A DNA stretch of 64,000 nt from Eledone cirrhosa (taxonomy: Eukaryota). The notes under the pieces were generated by a model that saw only the letters and a program-made list of their open reading frames with translations, was not told the origin of the DNA and searched no databases. Where the stretch lies: contig OZ024744.1 in NCBI GenBank assembly GCA_964016885.1, positions 117,552,001-117,616,000 on the forward strand. Reading direction: 5' to 3'. The position numbers and the translations under genes were made by a program. Position 1 is the stretch's first letter. Every line of letters starts with the position of its first letter. Of this stretch, positions 49,901 to 64,000 are shown one piece after another.

Positions 49901-52900
49901 TGGTACTATTGGAAGATCTTTAGTACCTAGCCTAACACTACTATAATTACTGGTGGTACTACTGTAAGATCTTTAGTACCTAGCCTAACACTACTATAAT
50001 TACTGGTGGTACTACTGTAAGATCTTTAGTACCTAGCCTAACACTACTATAATTACTGGTGGTACTACTGTAAGATCTTTAGTACCTAGCCTAACACTAC
50101 TATAATTACTGGTGGTACTACTGTAAGATCTTTAGTACCTAGCCTAACACTACTATAATTACTGGTGGTACTACTGTAAGATCTTTAGTACCTAGCCTAA
50201 CTCTACTATAATTACTGGTGGTACTACTGTAAGGTCTTTAGTACCTAGCCTAACACTACTATAATTACTGTTAGTACTACTGTAAGATCTTTAGTACCTA
50301 GCCTAACACTACTATAATTACTGGTGGTACTACTGTAAGATCTTTAGTACCTAGCCTAACACTACTATAATTACTGTTAGTACTACTGTAAGATCTTTAG
50401 TACCTAGCCTAACACTACTATAATTACTGGTGGTACTACTGTAAGATCTTTAGTACCTAGCCTAACACTACTATAATTACTGGCGGTACTACTGTAAGAT
50501 CTTTAGTACCTAGCCTAACACTACTATAATTACTGGTGGTACTACTGTAAGATCTTTAGTACCTAGCCTAACACTACTATAATTACTGTTAGTACTACTG
50601 TAAGATCTTTAGTACCTAGCCTAACACTACTATAATTACTGGTAGTACTACTGTAAGATCTTTAGTACCTAGCCTAACACTACTATAATTACTGGTGGTA
50701 CTACTGTAAGATCTTTAGTATCTAGCCTAATACTACTATAATTACTGTTAGTACTACTGTAAGATCTTTAGTACCTAGCCTAACACTACTATAATTACTG
50801 TTAGTACTACTGTAAGATCTTTAGTACCTAGTCTAACACTACTATAATTACTGGTGGTACTACTGTAAGATCTTTAGTATCTAGCCTAACACTACTATAA
50901 TTACTGTTAGTACTACTGTAAGATCTTTAGTACCTAGCCTAACACTACTATAATTACTGGTGGTACTACTGTAAGATCTTTAGTACCTAGCCTAACACTA
51001 CTATAATTACTGTTAGTACTACTGTAAGATCTTTAGTACCTAGCCTAACACTACTATAATTACTGTTAGTACTACTGTAAGATCTTTAGTACCTAGCCTA
51101 ACACTACTATAATTACTGGTGGTACTACTGGAAGATCTTTAGTACCTAGCCTAACACTACTATAATTACTGGTGGTACTACTGTAAGATCTTTAGTACCT
51201 AGCCTAACACTACTATAATTACTGGTGGTACTTCTGTAAGATCTTTAGTACCTAGCCTAACACTACTATAATTACTGGTGGTACTACTGTAAGATCTTTA
51301 GTACCTAGCCTAACACTACTATAATTACTGGTGGTACTACTGTAAGATCTTTAGTACCTAGCCTAACACTACTATAATTACTGGTGGTACTACTGTAAGA
51401 TCTTTAGTATCTAGCCTAACACTACTATAATTACTGGTGGTACTACTGTAAGGTCTTTAGTACCTAGCCTAACACTACTGTAATTACTGTTAGTACTACT
51501 GTAAGATCTTTAGTACCTAGCCTAACACTACTATAATTACTGGTGGTACTACTGTAAGATCTTTAGTACCTAGCCTAACACTACTATAATTACTGTTAGT
51601 ACTACTGTAAGATCTTTAGTACCTAGCCTAACACTACTATAATTACTGGTGGTACTACTGTAAGATCTTTAGTACCTAGCCTAACACTACTATAATTACT
51701 GGTGGTACTACTGTAAGATCTTTAGTACCTAGCCTAACACTACTATAATTACTGGTGGTACTACTGTAAGATCTTTAGTACTTAGCCTAACACTACTATA
51801 ATTACTGGTAGTACTACTGTAAGATCTTTAGTACCTAGCCTAACACTACTATAATTACTGGTGGTACTACTGTAAGATCTTTAGTATCTAGCCTAATACT
51901 ACTATAATTACTGTTAGTACTACTGTAAGATCTTTAGTACCTAGCCTAACACTACTATAATTACTGTTAGTACTACTTTAAGATCTTTGGTACCTAGTCT
52001 AATACTACTATAATTACTGGTGGTACTACTGTAAGTTCTTTAGTATCTAGCCTAACACTACTATAATTACTGTTAGTACTACTGTAAGATCTTTAGTACC
52101 TAGCCTAACACTACTATAATTACTGGTGGTACTACTGTAAGATCTTTAGTACCTAGCCTAACACTACTATAATTACTGTTAGTACTACTGTAAGATCTTT
52201 AGTACCTAGCCTAACACTACTATAATTACTGGTAGTACTACTGTAAGATCTTTAGTACCTAGCCTAACACTACTATAATTACTGGTGGTACTACTGTAAG
52301 ATCTTTAGTACCTAGTCTAACACTACTATAATTACTGTTAGTACTACGGTAAGATCTTTAGTACCTAGTCTAACACTACTATAATTACTGTTAGTACTAC
52401 TGTAAGATCTTTAGTACCTAGCCTAACACTACTATAATTACTGTTAGTACTAATGTAAGATCTTTAGTACCTAGCCTAACACTACTATAATTACTGTTAG
52501 TACTACTGTAAGATCTTTAGTACCTAGCCTAACACTATTATAATTACTGGTGGTACTACTGTAAGATCTTTAGTACCTAGCCTAACACTATTATAATTAC
52601 TGGTGGTACTACTGTAAGATCTTTAGTACCTAGCCTAACACTACTATAATTACTGGTGGTACTACTGTAAGATCTTTAGTACCTAGCCTAACACTACTAT
52701 AATTACTGGTGGTACTACTGTAAGATCTTTAGTACCTAGCCTAACACTACTATAATTACTGGTGGTACTACTGTAAGATCTTTAGTACCTAGCCTAACAC
52801 TACTATAATTACTGGTGGTACTACTGTAAGATCTTTAGTACCTAGCCTAACACTACTATAATTACTGGTGGTACTACTGTAACATCTTTAGTACCTAGCC

Positions 52901-55900
52901 TAACACTACTATAATTACTGGTGGTACTACTGTAAGATCTTTAGTACCTAGCCTAACACTACTATAATTACTGGTGGTACTACTGTAAGATCTTTAGTAC
53001 CTAGCCTAACACTACTATAATTACTGGTGGTACTACTGTAAGATCTTTAGTACCTAGCCTAACACTACTATAATTACTGGTGGTACTACTGTAACATCTT
53101 TAGTACCTAGCCTAACACTACTATAATTACTGGTGGTACTACTGTAAGATCTTTAGTACCTAGCCTAACACTACTATAATTACTGGTGGTACTACTGTAA
53201 CATCTTTAGTACCTAGCCTAACACTACTATAATTACTGGTGGTACTACTGTAAGATCTTTAGTACCTAGCCTAACACTACTATAATTACTGGTGGTACTA
53301 CTGTAAGATCTTTAGTACCTAGCCTAACACTACTATAATTACTGGTGGTACTACTGTAACATCTTTAGTACCTAGCCTAACACTACTATAATTACTGGTG
53401 GTACTACTGTAACATCTTTAGTACCTAGCCTAACACTACTATAATTACTGGTGGTACTACTGTAACATCTTTAGTACCTAGCCTAACACTACTATAATTA
53501 CTGGTGGTACTACTGTAAGATCTTTAGTACCTAGCCTAACACTATTATAATTACTGGTGGTACTACTGTAAGATCTTTAGTACCTAGCCTAACACTACTA
53601 TAATTACTGTTAGTACTACTGTAGGATCTTTAGTACTTAGCCTAACACTACTATAATTACTGGTGGTACTACTGTAAGATCTTTAGTACCTAGCCTAACA
53701 CTACTATAATTACTGGTGGTACTACTGTAAGATCTTTAGTACCTAGCCTAACACTACTATAATTACTGGTGGTACTACTGTAACATCTTTAGTACCTAGC
53801 CTAACACTACTATAATTACTGGTGGTACTACTGTAAGATCTTTAGTACCTAGCCTAACACTACTATAATTACTGGTGGTACTACTGTAAGATCTTTAGTA
53901 CCTAGCCTAACACTACTATAATTACTGGTGGTACTAATCTAAGATCTTTAGTACCTAGCCTAACACTACTATAATTACTGTTAGTACTACTGTAAGATCT
54001 TTAGTACCTAGCCTAACACTACTATAATTACTGGTGGTACTACTGTAAGATTTTTAGTATCTAGCCTAATACTACTATAATTACTGTTAGTACTACTGTA
54101 AGATCTTTAGTACCTAGCCTAACACTACTATAATTACTGTTAGTACTACTGTAAGATCTTTAGTACCTAGCCTAACACTACTATAATTACTGGTGGTACT
54201 ACTCTAAGATCTTTAGTACCTAGCCTAACACTACTATAATTACTGTTAGTACTACTGTAAGATCTTTAGTACCTAGCCTAACACTACTATAATTACTGGT
54301 GGTACTACTGTAAGATCTTTAGTACCTAGCCTAACACTACTATAATTACTGGTGGTACTAATCTAAGATCTTTAGTACCTAGCCTAACACTACTATAATT
54401 ACTGTTAGTACTACTGTAAGATCTTTAGTACCTAGCCTAACACTACTATAATTACTGGTGGTACTACTGTAAGATCTTTAGTACCTAGCCTAACACTACT
54501 ATAATTACTGGTGGTACTACTGTAAGATCTTTAGTACCTAGCCTAACACTACTATAATTACTGGTGGTACTACTGTAAGATCTTTAGTACCTAGCCTAAC
54601 ACTACTATAATTACTGGTGGTACTACTATAACATCTTTAGTACCTAGCCTAACACTACTATAATTACTGTTAGTACTACTGTAAGATCTTTAGTACCTAG
54701 CCTAACACTACTATAATTACTGGTGGTACTACTGTATGATCTTTAGTACCTAGCCTAACACTACTATTATTACTGGTGGTACTACTGTAAGATCTTTAGT
54801 ACCTAGCCTAACACTATTATAATTACTGGTGGTACTACTGTAAGATCTTTAGTACCTAGCCTAACACTACTATAATTACTGGTGGTACTACTGTAAGATC
54901 TTTAGTACCTAGCCTAACACTACTATAATTACTGGTGGTACTACTGTAAGATCTTTAGTACCTAGCCTAACACTACTATAATTACTGGTGGTACTACTGT
55001 AAGATCTTTAGTACCTAGCCTAACACTATTATAATTACTGGTGGTACTACTGTAAGATCTTTAGTACCTAGTCTAACACTACTATAATTACTGGTGGTAC
55101 TACTGTAACATCTTTAGTACCTAGCCTAACACTACTATAATTACTGGTGGTACTACTGTAAGATCTTTAGTACCTAGCCTAACACTACTATAATTACTGG
55201 TGGTACTACTGTAAGATCTTTAGTACCTAGCCTAACACTACTATAATTACTGGTGGTACTACTGTAAGATCTTTAGTACCTAGCCTAACACTACTATAAT
55301 TACTGGTGGTACTAATCTAAGATCTTTAGTACCTAGCCTAACACTACTATAATTACTGTTAGTACTACTGTAAGATCTTTAGTACCTAGCCTAACACTAC
55401 TATAATTACTGGTGGTACTACTGTAAGATCTTTAGTACCTAGCCTAACACTACTATAATTACTGTCAGTACTACTGTAACATCTTTAGTACCTAGCCTAA
55501 CACTACTATAATTACTGGTGGTACTACTGTAAGATCTTTAGTACCTAGCCTAACACTACTATAATTACTGGTGGTACTACTTTAAGATCTTTAGTACCTA
55601 GCCTAACACTACTATAATTACTGGTGGTACTACTGTAAGATCTTTAGTACCTAGCCTAACACTACTATAATTACTGTCAGTACTACTGTAACATCTTTAG
55701 TACCTAGCCTAACACTACTATAATTACTGGTGGTACTACTGTAAGTTCTTTAGTACCTAGCCTAACACTACTATAATTACTGGTGGTACTACTGTAAGAT
55801 CTTTAGTAGCTAGCCTAACACTACTATAATTACTGGTGGTACTACTGTAAGATCTTTAGTACCTAGCCTAACACTACTATAATTACTGTTAGTACTACTG

Positions 55901-58900
55901 TAAGATCTTTAGTACCTAGCCTAACACTACTATAATTACTGGTGGTACTACTGTAAGATCTTTAGTACCTAGCCTAACACTACTATAATTACTGGTGGTA
56001 CTACTGTAAGATCTTTAGTACCTAGCCTAACGCTACTATAATTACTGGTGGTACTACTGTAAGATCTTTAGTACCTAGCCTAACACCACTATAATTACTG
56101 GTGGTACTACTGTAAGATCTTTAGTATCTAGCCTAACACTACTATAATTACTGGTGGTATTACTGTAAGATCTTTAGTACCTAGCCTAACACTACTATAA
56201 TTACTGGTGGTACTACTGTAAGATCTTTAGTACCTAGCCTAACACTACTATGATTACTGGTGGTACTACTGTAAGATCTTTAGTATCTAGCCTAACACTA
56301 CTATAATTACTGTTAGTACTACTGTAAGATCTTTAGTACCTAGCCTAACACTACTATAATTACTGGTGGTACTACTGTAAGATCTTTAGTACCTAGTCTA
56401 ACACTACTATAATTACTGTTAGTACTACTGTAAGATCTTTAGTACCTAGCCTAACACTACTATAATTACTGGTGGTACTACTGTAAGATCTTTAGTACCT
56501 AGTCTAACACTACTATAATTACTGGTGGTACTACTGTAACATCTTTAGTACCTAGCCTAACACTACTATAATTACTGGTGGTACTACTGTAACATCTTTA
56601 GTACCTAGCCTAACACTACTATAATTACTGGTGGTACTACTGTAAGATCTTTAGTACCTAGCCTAACACTACTATAATTATTGGTGGTACTACTGTAAGA
56701 TCTTTAGTACCTAGCCTAACACTACTATAATTACTGGTGGTACTACTGTAAGATCTTTAGTATCTAGCCTAACACTACTATAATTACTGGTGGTATTACT
56801 GCAAGATCTTTAGTACCTAGCCTAACACTACTATAATTACTGGTGGTACTACTGTAAGATCTTTAGTACCTAGCCTAACACTACTATAATTACTGGTGGT
56901 ACTACTGTAAGATCTTTAGTACCTAGCCTAACACTACTATAATTACTGGTGGTATTACTGTAAGATCTTTAGTACCTAGCCTAACACTACTATAATTACT
57001 GGTGGTACTACTGTAAGATCTTTAGTACCTAGCCTAACACTACTATAATTACTGGTGGTACTACTGTAAGATCTTTAGTATCTAGCCTAACACTACTATA
57101 ATTACTGTTAGTACTACTGTAAGATCTTTAGTACCTAGCCTAACACTACTATAATTACTGGTGGTACTACTGTAAGATCTTTAGTACCTAGCCTAACACT
57201 ACTATAATTACTGGTGGTACTACTGTAAGATCTTTAGTACCTAGCCTAACACTATTATAATTACTGGTGGTACTACTGTAAGATCTTTAGTACCTAGCCT
57301 AACACTACTATAATTACTGGTGGTACTACTGTAAGATCTTTAGTACCTAGCCTAAAACTACTATAATTACTGGTGGTACTACTGTAAGATCTTTAGTACC
57401 TAGCCTAACACTACTATAATTACTGTTAGTACTACTGTAAGATCTTTAGTACCTAGCCTAACACTACTATAATTACTGGTAGTACTACTGTAAGATCTTT
57501 AGTACCTAGCCTAACACTACTATAATTACTGGTGGTACTACTGTAAGATCTTTAGTACCTAGCCTAACACTACTATAATTACTGTTAGTACTACTGTAAA
57601 ATCTTTAGTACCTAGCCTAACACTACTATAATTACTGGTGGTACTACTGTAAGATCTTTAGTACCTAGCCTAACACTACTATAATTACTGGTGGTACTAC
57701 TGTAAGATCTTTAGTACCTAGCCTAACACTACTATAATTACTGGTGGTACTAATGTAAGATCTTTAGTACCTAGCCTAACACTACTATAATTACTGTTAG
57801 TACTACTGTAAGATCTTTAGTACCTAGCCTAACACTACTATAATTACTGGTGGTACTACTGTAAGATCTTTAGTACCTAGTCTAAAACTACTATAATTAC
57901 TGTTAGTACTACTGTAAGATCTTTAGTACCTAGCCTAACACTACTATAATTACTGGTGGTACTACTGTAAGATCTTTAGTACCTAGTCTAACACTACTAT
58001 AATTACTGGTGGTACTACTGTAACATCTTTAGTACCTAGCCTAACACTACTATAATTACTGGTGGTACTACTGTAACATCTTTAGTACCTAGCCTAACAC
58101 TACTATAATTACTGGTGGTACTACTGTAAGATCTTTAGTACCTAGCCTAACACTACTATAATTACTGGTGGTACTACTGTAAGATCTTTAGTACCTAGCC
58201 TAACACTACTATAATTACTGGTGGTACTACTGTAAGATCTTTAGTACCTAGCCTAACACTACTATAATTACTGGTGGTACTACTGTAAGATCTTTAGTAC
58301 CTAGCCTAACACTACTATAATTACTGGTGGTACTACTGTAAGATCTTTAGTACCTAGCCTAACACTACTATAATTACTGGTGGTACACTACTATAATTAC
58401 TGGTGGTACTACTGTAAGATCTTTAGTACCTAGCCTAACTCTACTATAATTACTGGTGGTACTACTGTAAGATCTTTAGTACCTAGCCTAACACTACTAT
58501 AATTACTGTTAGTACTACTGTAAGATCTTTAGTACCTAGCCTAACACTACTATAATTACTGGTGGTACTACTGTAAGATCTTTAGTACCTAGCCTAACAC
58601 TACTATAATTACTGTTAGTACTACTGTAAGATCTTTAGTATCTAGCCTAACACTACTATAATTACTGTTAGTACTACTGCAAGATCTTTAGTACCTAGCC
58701 TAACACTACTATAACTACTGTTAGTACTACTGTAAGATCTTTAGTACCTAGCCTAACACTACTATAATTACTGTTAGTGCTACTGTAAGATCTTTAGTAC
58801 CTAGCCTAACACTACTATAATTACTGGTAGTACTACTGCAAGATCTTTAGTACCTAGCCTAACACTACTATAATTACTGTTAGTACTACTGTAAGATCTT

Positions 58901-61900
58901 TAGTGCCTAGCCTAACACTACTATAATTGCTGTTAGTGCTACTGTAAGATCTTTAGTACCTAGCCTAACACTACTATAATTACTGGTGGTACTACTGTAA
59001 GATCTTTAGTACCTAGCCTAACACTACTACAATTACTGTTAGTACTACTGTAAGATCTTTAGTACCTATCCTAACACTACTATAATTACTGGTGGTACTA
59101 CTGTAAGATCTTTAGTACCTAGTCTAACACTACTATAATTACTGGTGGTACTACTGTAACATCTTTAGTACCTAGCCTAACACTACTATAATTACTGGTG
59201 GTACTACTGTAACATCTTTAGTACCTAGCCTAACACTACTATAATTACTGGTGGTACTACTGTAAGATCTTTAGTACCTAGCCTAACACTACTATAATTA
59301 CTGGTGGTACTACTGTAAGATCTTTAGTACCTAGCCTAACACTACTATAATTACTGGTGGTACTACTGTAAAATCTTTAGTATCTAGCCTAACACTACTA
59401 TAATTACTGGTGGTATTACTGTAAGATCTTTAGTACCTAGCCTAACACTACTATAATTACTGGTGGTACTACTGTAAGATCTTTAGTACCTAGCCTAACA
59501 CTACTATAATTACTGGTGGTACTACTGTAAGATCTTTAGTACCTAGCCTAACACTACTATAATTACTGGTGGTACTACTGTAAGATCTTTAGTATCTAGC
59601 CTAACACTACTATAATTACTGGTGGTATTACTGTAAGATCTTTAGTACCTAGCCTAACACTACTATAATTACTGGTGGTACTACTGTAAGATCTTTAGTA
59701 CCTAGCCTAACACTACTATAATTACTGGTGGTACTACTGTAAGATCTTTAGTATCTAGCCTAACACTACTATAATTACTGTTAGTACTACTGTAAGATCT
59801 TTAGTACCTAGCCTAACACTACTATAATTACTGGTGGTACTACTGTAAGATCTTTAGTACCTAGCCTAACACTACTATAATTACTGGTGGTACTACTGTA
59901 AGATCTTTAGTACCTAGCCTAACACTATTATAATTACTGGTGGTACTACTGTAAGATCTTTAGTACCTAGCCTAACACTACTATAATTGCTGGTGGTACT
60001 ACTGTAAGATCTTTAGTACCTAGCCTAAAACTACTATAATTACTGGTGGTACTACTGTAAGATCTTTAGTACCTAGCCTAACACTACTATAATTACTGTT
60101 AGTACTACTGTAAGATCTTTAGTACCTAGCCTAACACTACTATAATTACTGGTAGTACTACTGTAAGATCTTTAGTACCTAGCCTAACACTACTATAATT
60201 ACTGGTGGTACTACTGTAAGATCTTTAGTACCTAGCCTAACACTACTATAATTACTGTTAGTACTACTGTAAAATCTTTAGTACCTAGCCTAACACTACT
60301 ATAATTACTGGTGGTACTACTGTAAGATCTTTAGTACCTAGCCTAACACTACTATAATTACTGGTGGTACTACTGTAAGATCTTTAGTACCTAGCCTAAC
60401 ACTACTATAATTACTGGTGGTACTACTGTAAGATCTTTAGTACCTAGCCTAACACTACTATAATTACTGTTAGTACTACTGTAAGATCTTTAGTACCTAG
60501 CCTAACACTACTATAATTACTGGTGGTACTACTGTAAGATCTTTAGTACCTAGTCTAAAACTACTATAATTACTGTTAGTACTACTGTAAGATCTTTAGT
60601 ACCTAGCCTAACACTACTATAATTACTGGTGGTACTACTGTAAGATCTTTAGTACCTAGTCTAACACTACTATAATTACTGGTGGTACTACTGTAACATC
60701 TTTAGTACCTAGCCTAACACTACTATAATTACTGGTGGTACTACTGTAACATCTTTAGTACCTAGCCTAACACTACTATAATTACTGGTGGTACTACTGT
60801 AAGATCTTTAGTACCTAGCCTAACACTACTATAATTACTGGTGGTACTACTGTAAGATCTTTAGTACCTAGCCTAACACTACTATAATTACTGGTGGTAC
60901 TACTGTAAGATCTTTAGTACCTAGCCTAACACTACTATAATTACTGGTGGTACTACTGTAAGATCTTTAGTACCTAGCCTAACACTACTATAATTACTGG
61001 TGGTACTACTGTAAGATCTTTAGTACCTAGCCTAACACTACTATAATTACTGGTGGTACACTACTATAATTACTGGTGGTACTACTGTAAGATCTTTAGT
61101 ACCTAGCCTAACTCTACTATAATTACTGGTGGTACTACTGTAAGATCTTTAGTACCTAGCCTAACACTACTATAATTACTGTTAGTACTACTGTAAGATC
61201 TTTAGTACCTAGCCTAACACTACTATAATTACTGGTGGTACTACTGTAAGATCTTTAGTACCTAGCCTAACACTACTATAATTACTGTTAGTACTACTGT
61301 AAGATATTTAGTACCTAGCCTAACACTTCTATAATTACTGGTGGTACTACTGTAAGATCTTTAGTACCTAGCCTAACACTACGATAATTACTGGTGGTAC
61401 TACTGTAAGATCTTTAGTACCTAACCTAACACTACTATAATTACTGTTAGTACTACTGTAAGATCTTTAGTACCTAGCCTAACACTACTATAATTACTGG
61501 TGGTACTACTGTAAGATCTTTAGTACCTAGCCTAACACTACTATAATTACTGTTAGTACTACTGTAAGATCTTTAGTACCTAGCCTAACACTACTATAAT
61601 TACTGTTAGTACTACTGCAAGATCTTTAGTACCTAGCCTAACACTACTATAATTACTGTTAGTACTACTGTAAGATCTTTAGTACCTAGCCTAACACTAC
61701 TATAATTACTGTTAGTGCTACTGTAAGATCTTTAGTACCTAGCCTAACACTACTATAATTACTGGTAGTACTACTGCAAGATCTTTAGTACCTAGCCTAA
61801 CACTACTATAATTACTGTTAGTACTACTGTAAGATCTTTAGTACCTAGCCTAACACTACTATAATTGCTGTTAGTGCTACTGTAAGATCTTTAGTACCTA

Positions 61901-64000
61901 GCCTAACACTACTATAATTACTGGTGGTACTACTGTAAGATCTTTAGTACCTAGCCTAACACTACTATAATTACTGTTAGTACTACTGTAAGATCTTTAG
62001 TACCTAGCCTAACACTACTATAATTACTGTTAGTACTACTGCAAGATCTTTAGTACCTAGCCTAACACTACTATAATTACTGTTAGTACTACTGTAAGAT
62101 CTTTAGTACCTAGCCTAACACTACTATAATTACTGTTAGTGCTACTGTAAGATCTTTAGTACCTAGCCTAACACTACTATAATTACTGGTGGTACTACTG
62201 TAAGATCTTTAGTACCTAGCCTAACACTACTATAATTACTGGTGGTACTACTGTAAGATCTTTAGTACCTAGCCTAACACTACTATAATTACTGTTAGTA
62301 CTACTGTAAGATCTTTAGTACCTAGCCTAACACTACTATAATTACTGGTAGTACTACTGTAAGATCTTTAGTACCTAGCCTCACACTACTATAATTACTG
62401 GTGGTACTACTGTAAGATCTTTAGTATCTAGCCTAATACTACTATAATTACTGTTAGTACTACTGTAAGATCTTTAGTACCTAGCCTAACACTACTATAA
62501 TTACTGTTAGTACTACTGTAAGATCTTTAGTACCTAGTCTAACACTACTATAATTACTGGTGGTACTACTGTAAGATCTTTAGTATCTAGCCTAACACTA
62601 CTATAATTACTGTTAGTACTACTGTAAGATCTTTAGTACCTAGCCTAACACTACTATAATTACTGGTGGTACTACTGTAAGATCTTTAGTACCTAGCCTA
62701 ACACTACTATAATTACTGTTAGTACTACTGTAAGATCTTTAGTACCTAGCCTAACACTACTATAATTACTGTTAGTACTACTGTAAGATCTTTAGTACCT
62801 AGCCTAACACTACTATAATTACTGGTGGTACTACTGTAAGATCTTTAGTACCTAGCCTAACACTACTATAATTACTGGTGGTACTACTGTAAGATCTTTA
62901 GTACCTAGCCTAACACTACTATAATTACTGGTGGTACTACTGTAAGATCTTTAGTACCTAGCCTAACACTACTATAATTACTGGTGGTACTACTGTAAGA
63001 TCTTTAGTACCTAGCCTAACACTACTATAATTACTGGTGGTACTACTGTAAGATCTTTAGTACCTAGCCTAACACTACTATAATTACTGGTGGTACTACT
63101 GTAAGATCTTTAGTACCTAGCCTAACACTACTATAATTACTGGTGGTACTACTGTAAGGTCTTTAGTACCTAGCCTAACACTACTATAATTACTGTTAGT
63201 ACTACTGCAAGATCTTTAGTACCTAGCCTAACACTACTATAATTACTGGTGGTACTACTGTAAGATCTTTAGTACCTAGCCTAACACTACTATAATTACT
63301 GTTAGTACTACTGTAAGATCTTTAGTACCTAGCCTAACACTACTATAATTACTGGTGGTACTACTGTAAGATCTTTAGTACCTAGCCTAACACTACTATA
63401 ATTACTGGTGGTACTACTGTAAGATCTTTAGTACCTAGCCTAACACTACTATAATTACTGGTGGTACTACTGTAAGATCTTTAGTACCTAGCCTAACACT
63501 ACTATAATTACTGTTAGTACTACTGTAAGATCTTTAGTACCTAGCCTAACACTACTATAATTACTGGTAGTACTACTGTAAGATCTTTAGTACCTAGCCT
63601 AACACTACTATAATTACTGGTGGTACTACTGTAAGATCTTTAGTATCTAGCCTAATACTACTATAATTACTGTTAGTACTACTGTAAGATCTTTAGTACC
63701 TAGCCTAACACTACTATAATTACTGTTAGTACTACTGTAAGATCTTTAGTACCTAGTCTAACACTACTATAATTACTGGTGGTACTACTGTAAGATCTTT
63801 AGTATCTAGCCTAACACTACTATAATTACTGTTAGTACTACTGTAAGATCTTTAGTACCTAGCCTAACACTACTATAATTACTGGTCCTACTACTGTAAA
63901 TCTTTAGTACCTAGCCTAACACTACTATAATTACTGTTAGTACTACTGTAAGATCTTTAGTACCTAGCCTAACACTACTATAATTACTGGTAGTACTACT
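37952..64000. repeat. 53-bp satellite DNA array (~490 monomers, runs off the window end)
   Basis: Monomer CCTAGCCTAACACTACTATAATTACTG(GTG/TTA)GTACTACTGTAAGATCTTTAGTA. Highly homogeneous, no spacers, BglII site in most monomers. Confidence 0.99.

Noticed and set aside
37952-64000. CRISPR array or repeat-protein gene
   Set aside because: Contiguous monomers with no unique spacers, no cas genes, eukaryotic context, and no ORFs in the track.
37952-64000. Telomeric repeat (CCTAG-CCTAA resembles TTAGG)
   Set aside because: Only two degenerate pentamers per 53-bp unit, with no (TTAGGG)n or (TTAGG)n run.

Overview
AT-rich, repeat-dense animal genomic DNA. The SINE, RTE and microsatellite content suggests a coleoid cephalopod (Octopus-like); this is an inference. 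The only host gene found is a + strand short-chain dehydrogenase/reductase of the SDR16C (RDHE2/RDH10/HSD17B11-like) type. Four phase-compatible GT-AG exons (15192-15332, 20556-20800, 24021-24146, 32595-32694) encode the NNAG motif, the catalytic S and YxxxK residues and the C-terminus. The N-terminal exons were not found and probably lie upstream of the window. The rest of 1-37.9 kb is nested, mostly dead transposons. These include Penelope-like elements (one a fold-back with ~1.3-1.5 kb arms) carrying hammerhead and hammerhead-like motifs, and many RTE LINE pieces whose RT contains a PHD-type zinc finger. There are also CRE, R4/Dong and CR1 3' ends, a piggyBac inserted in an RTE, a mariner MITE, non-autonomous Helitrons, tRNA-derived SINEs, two TE-derived minisatellites and long (TA)n tracts. 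From ~37.95 kb to the end is a 53-bp satellite (~490 monomers) with two main variants and clear higher-order duplications. No CRISPR, rRNA or true tRNA gene was seen.
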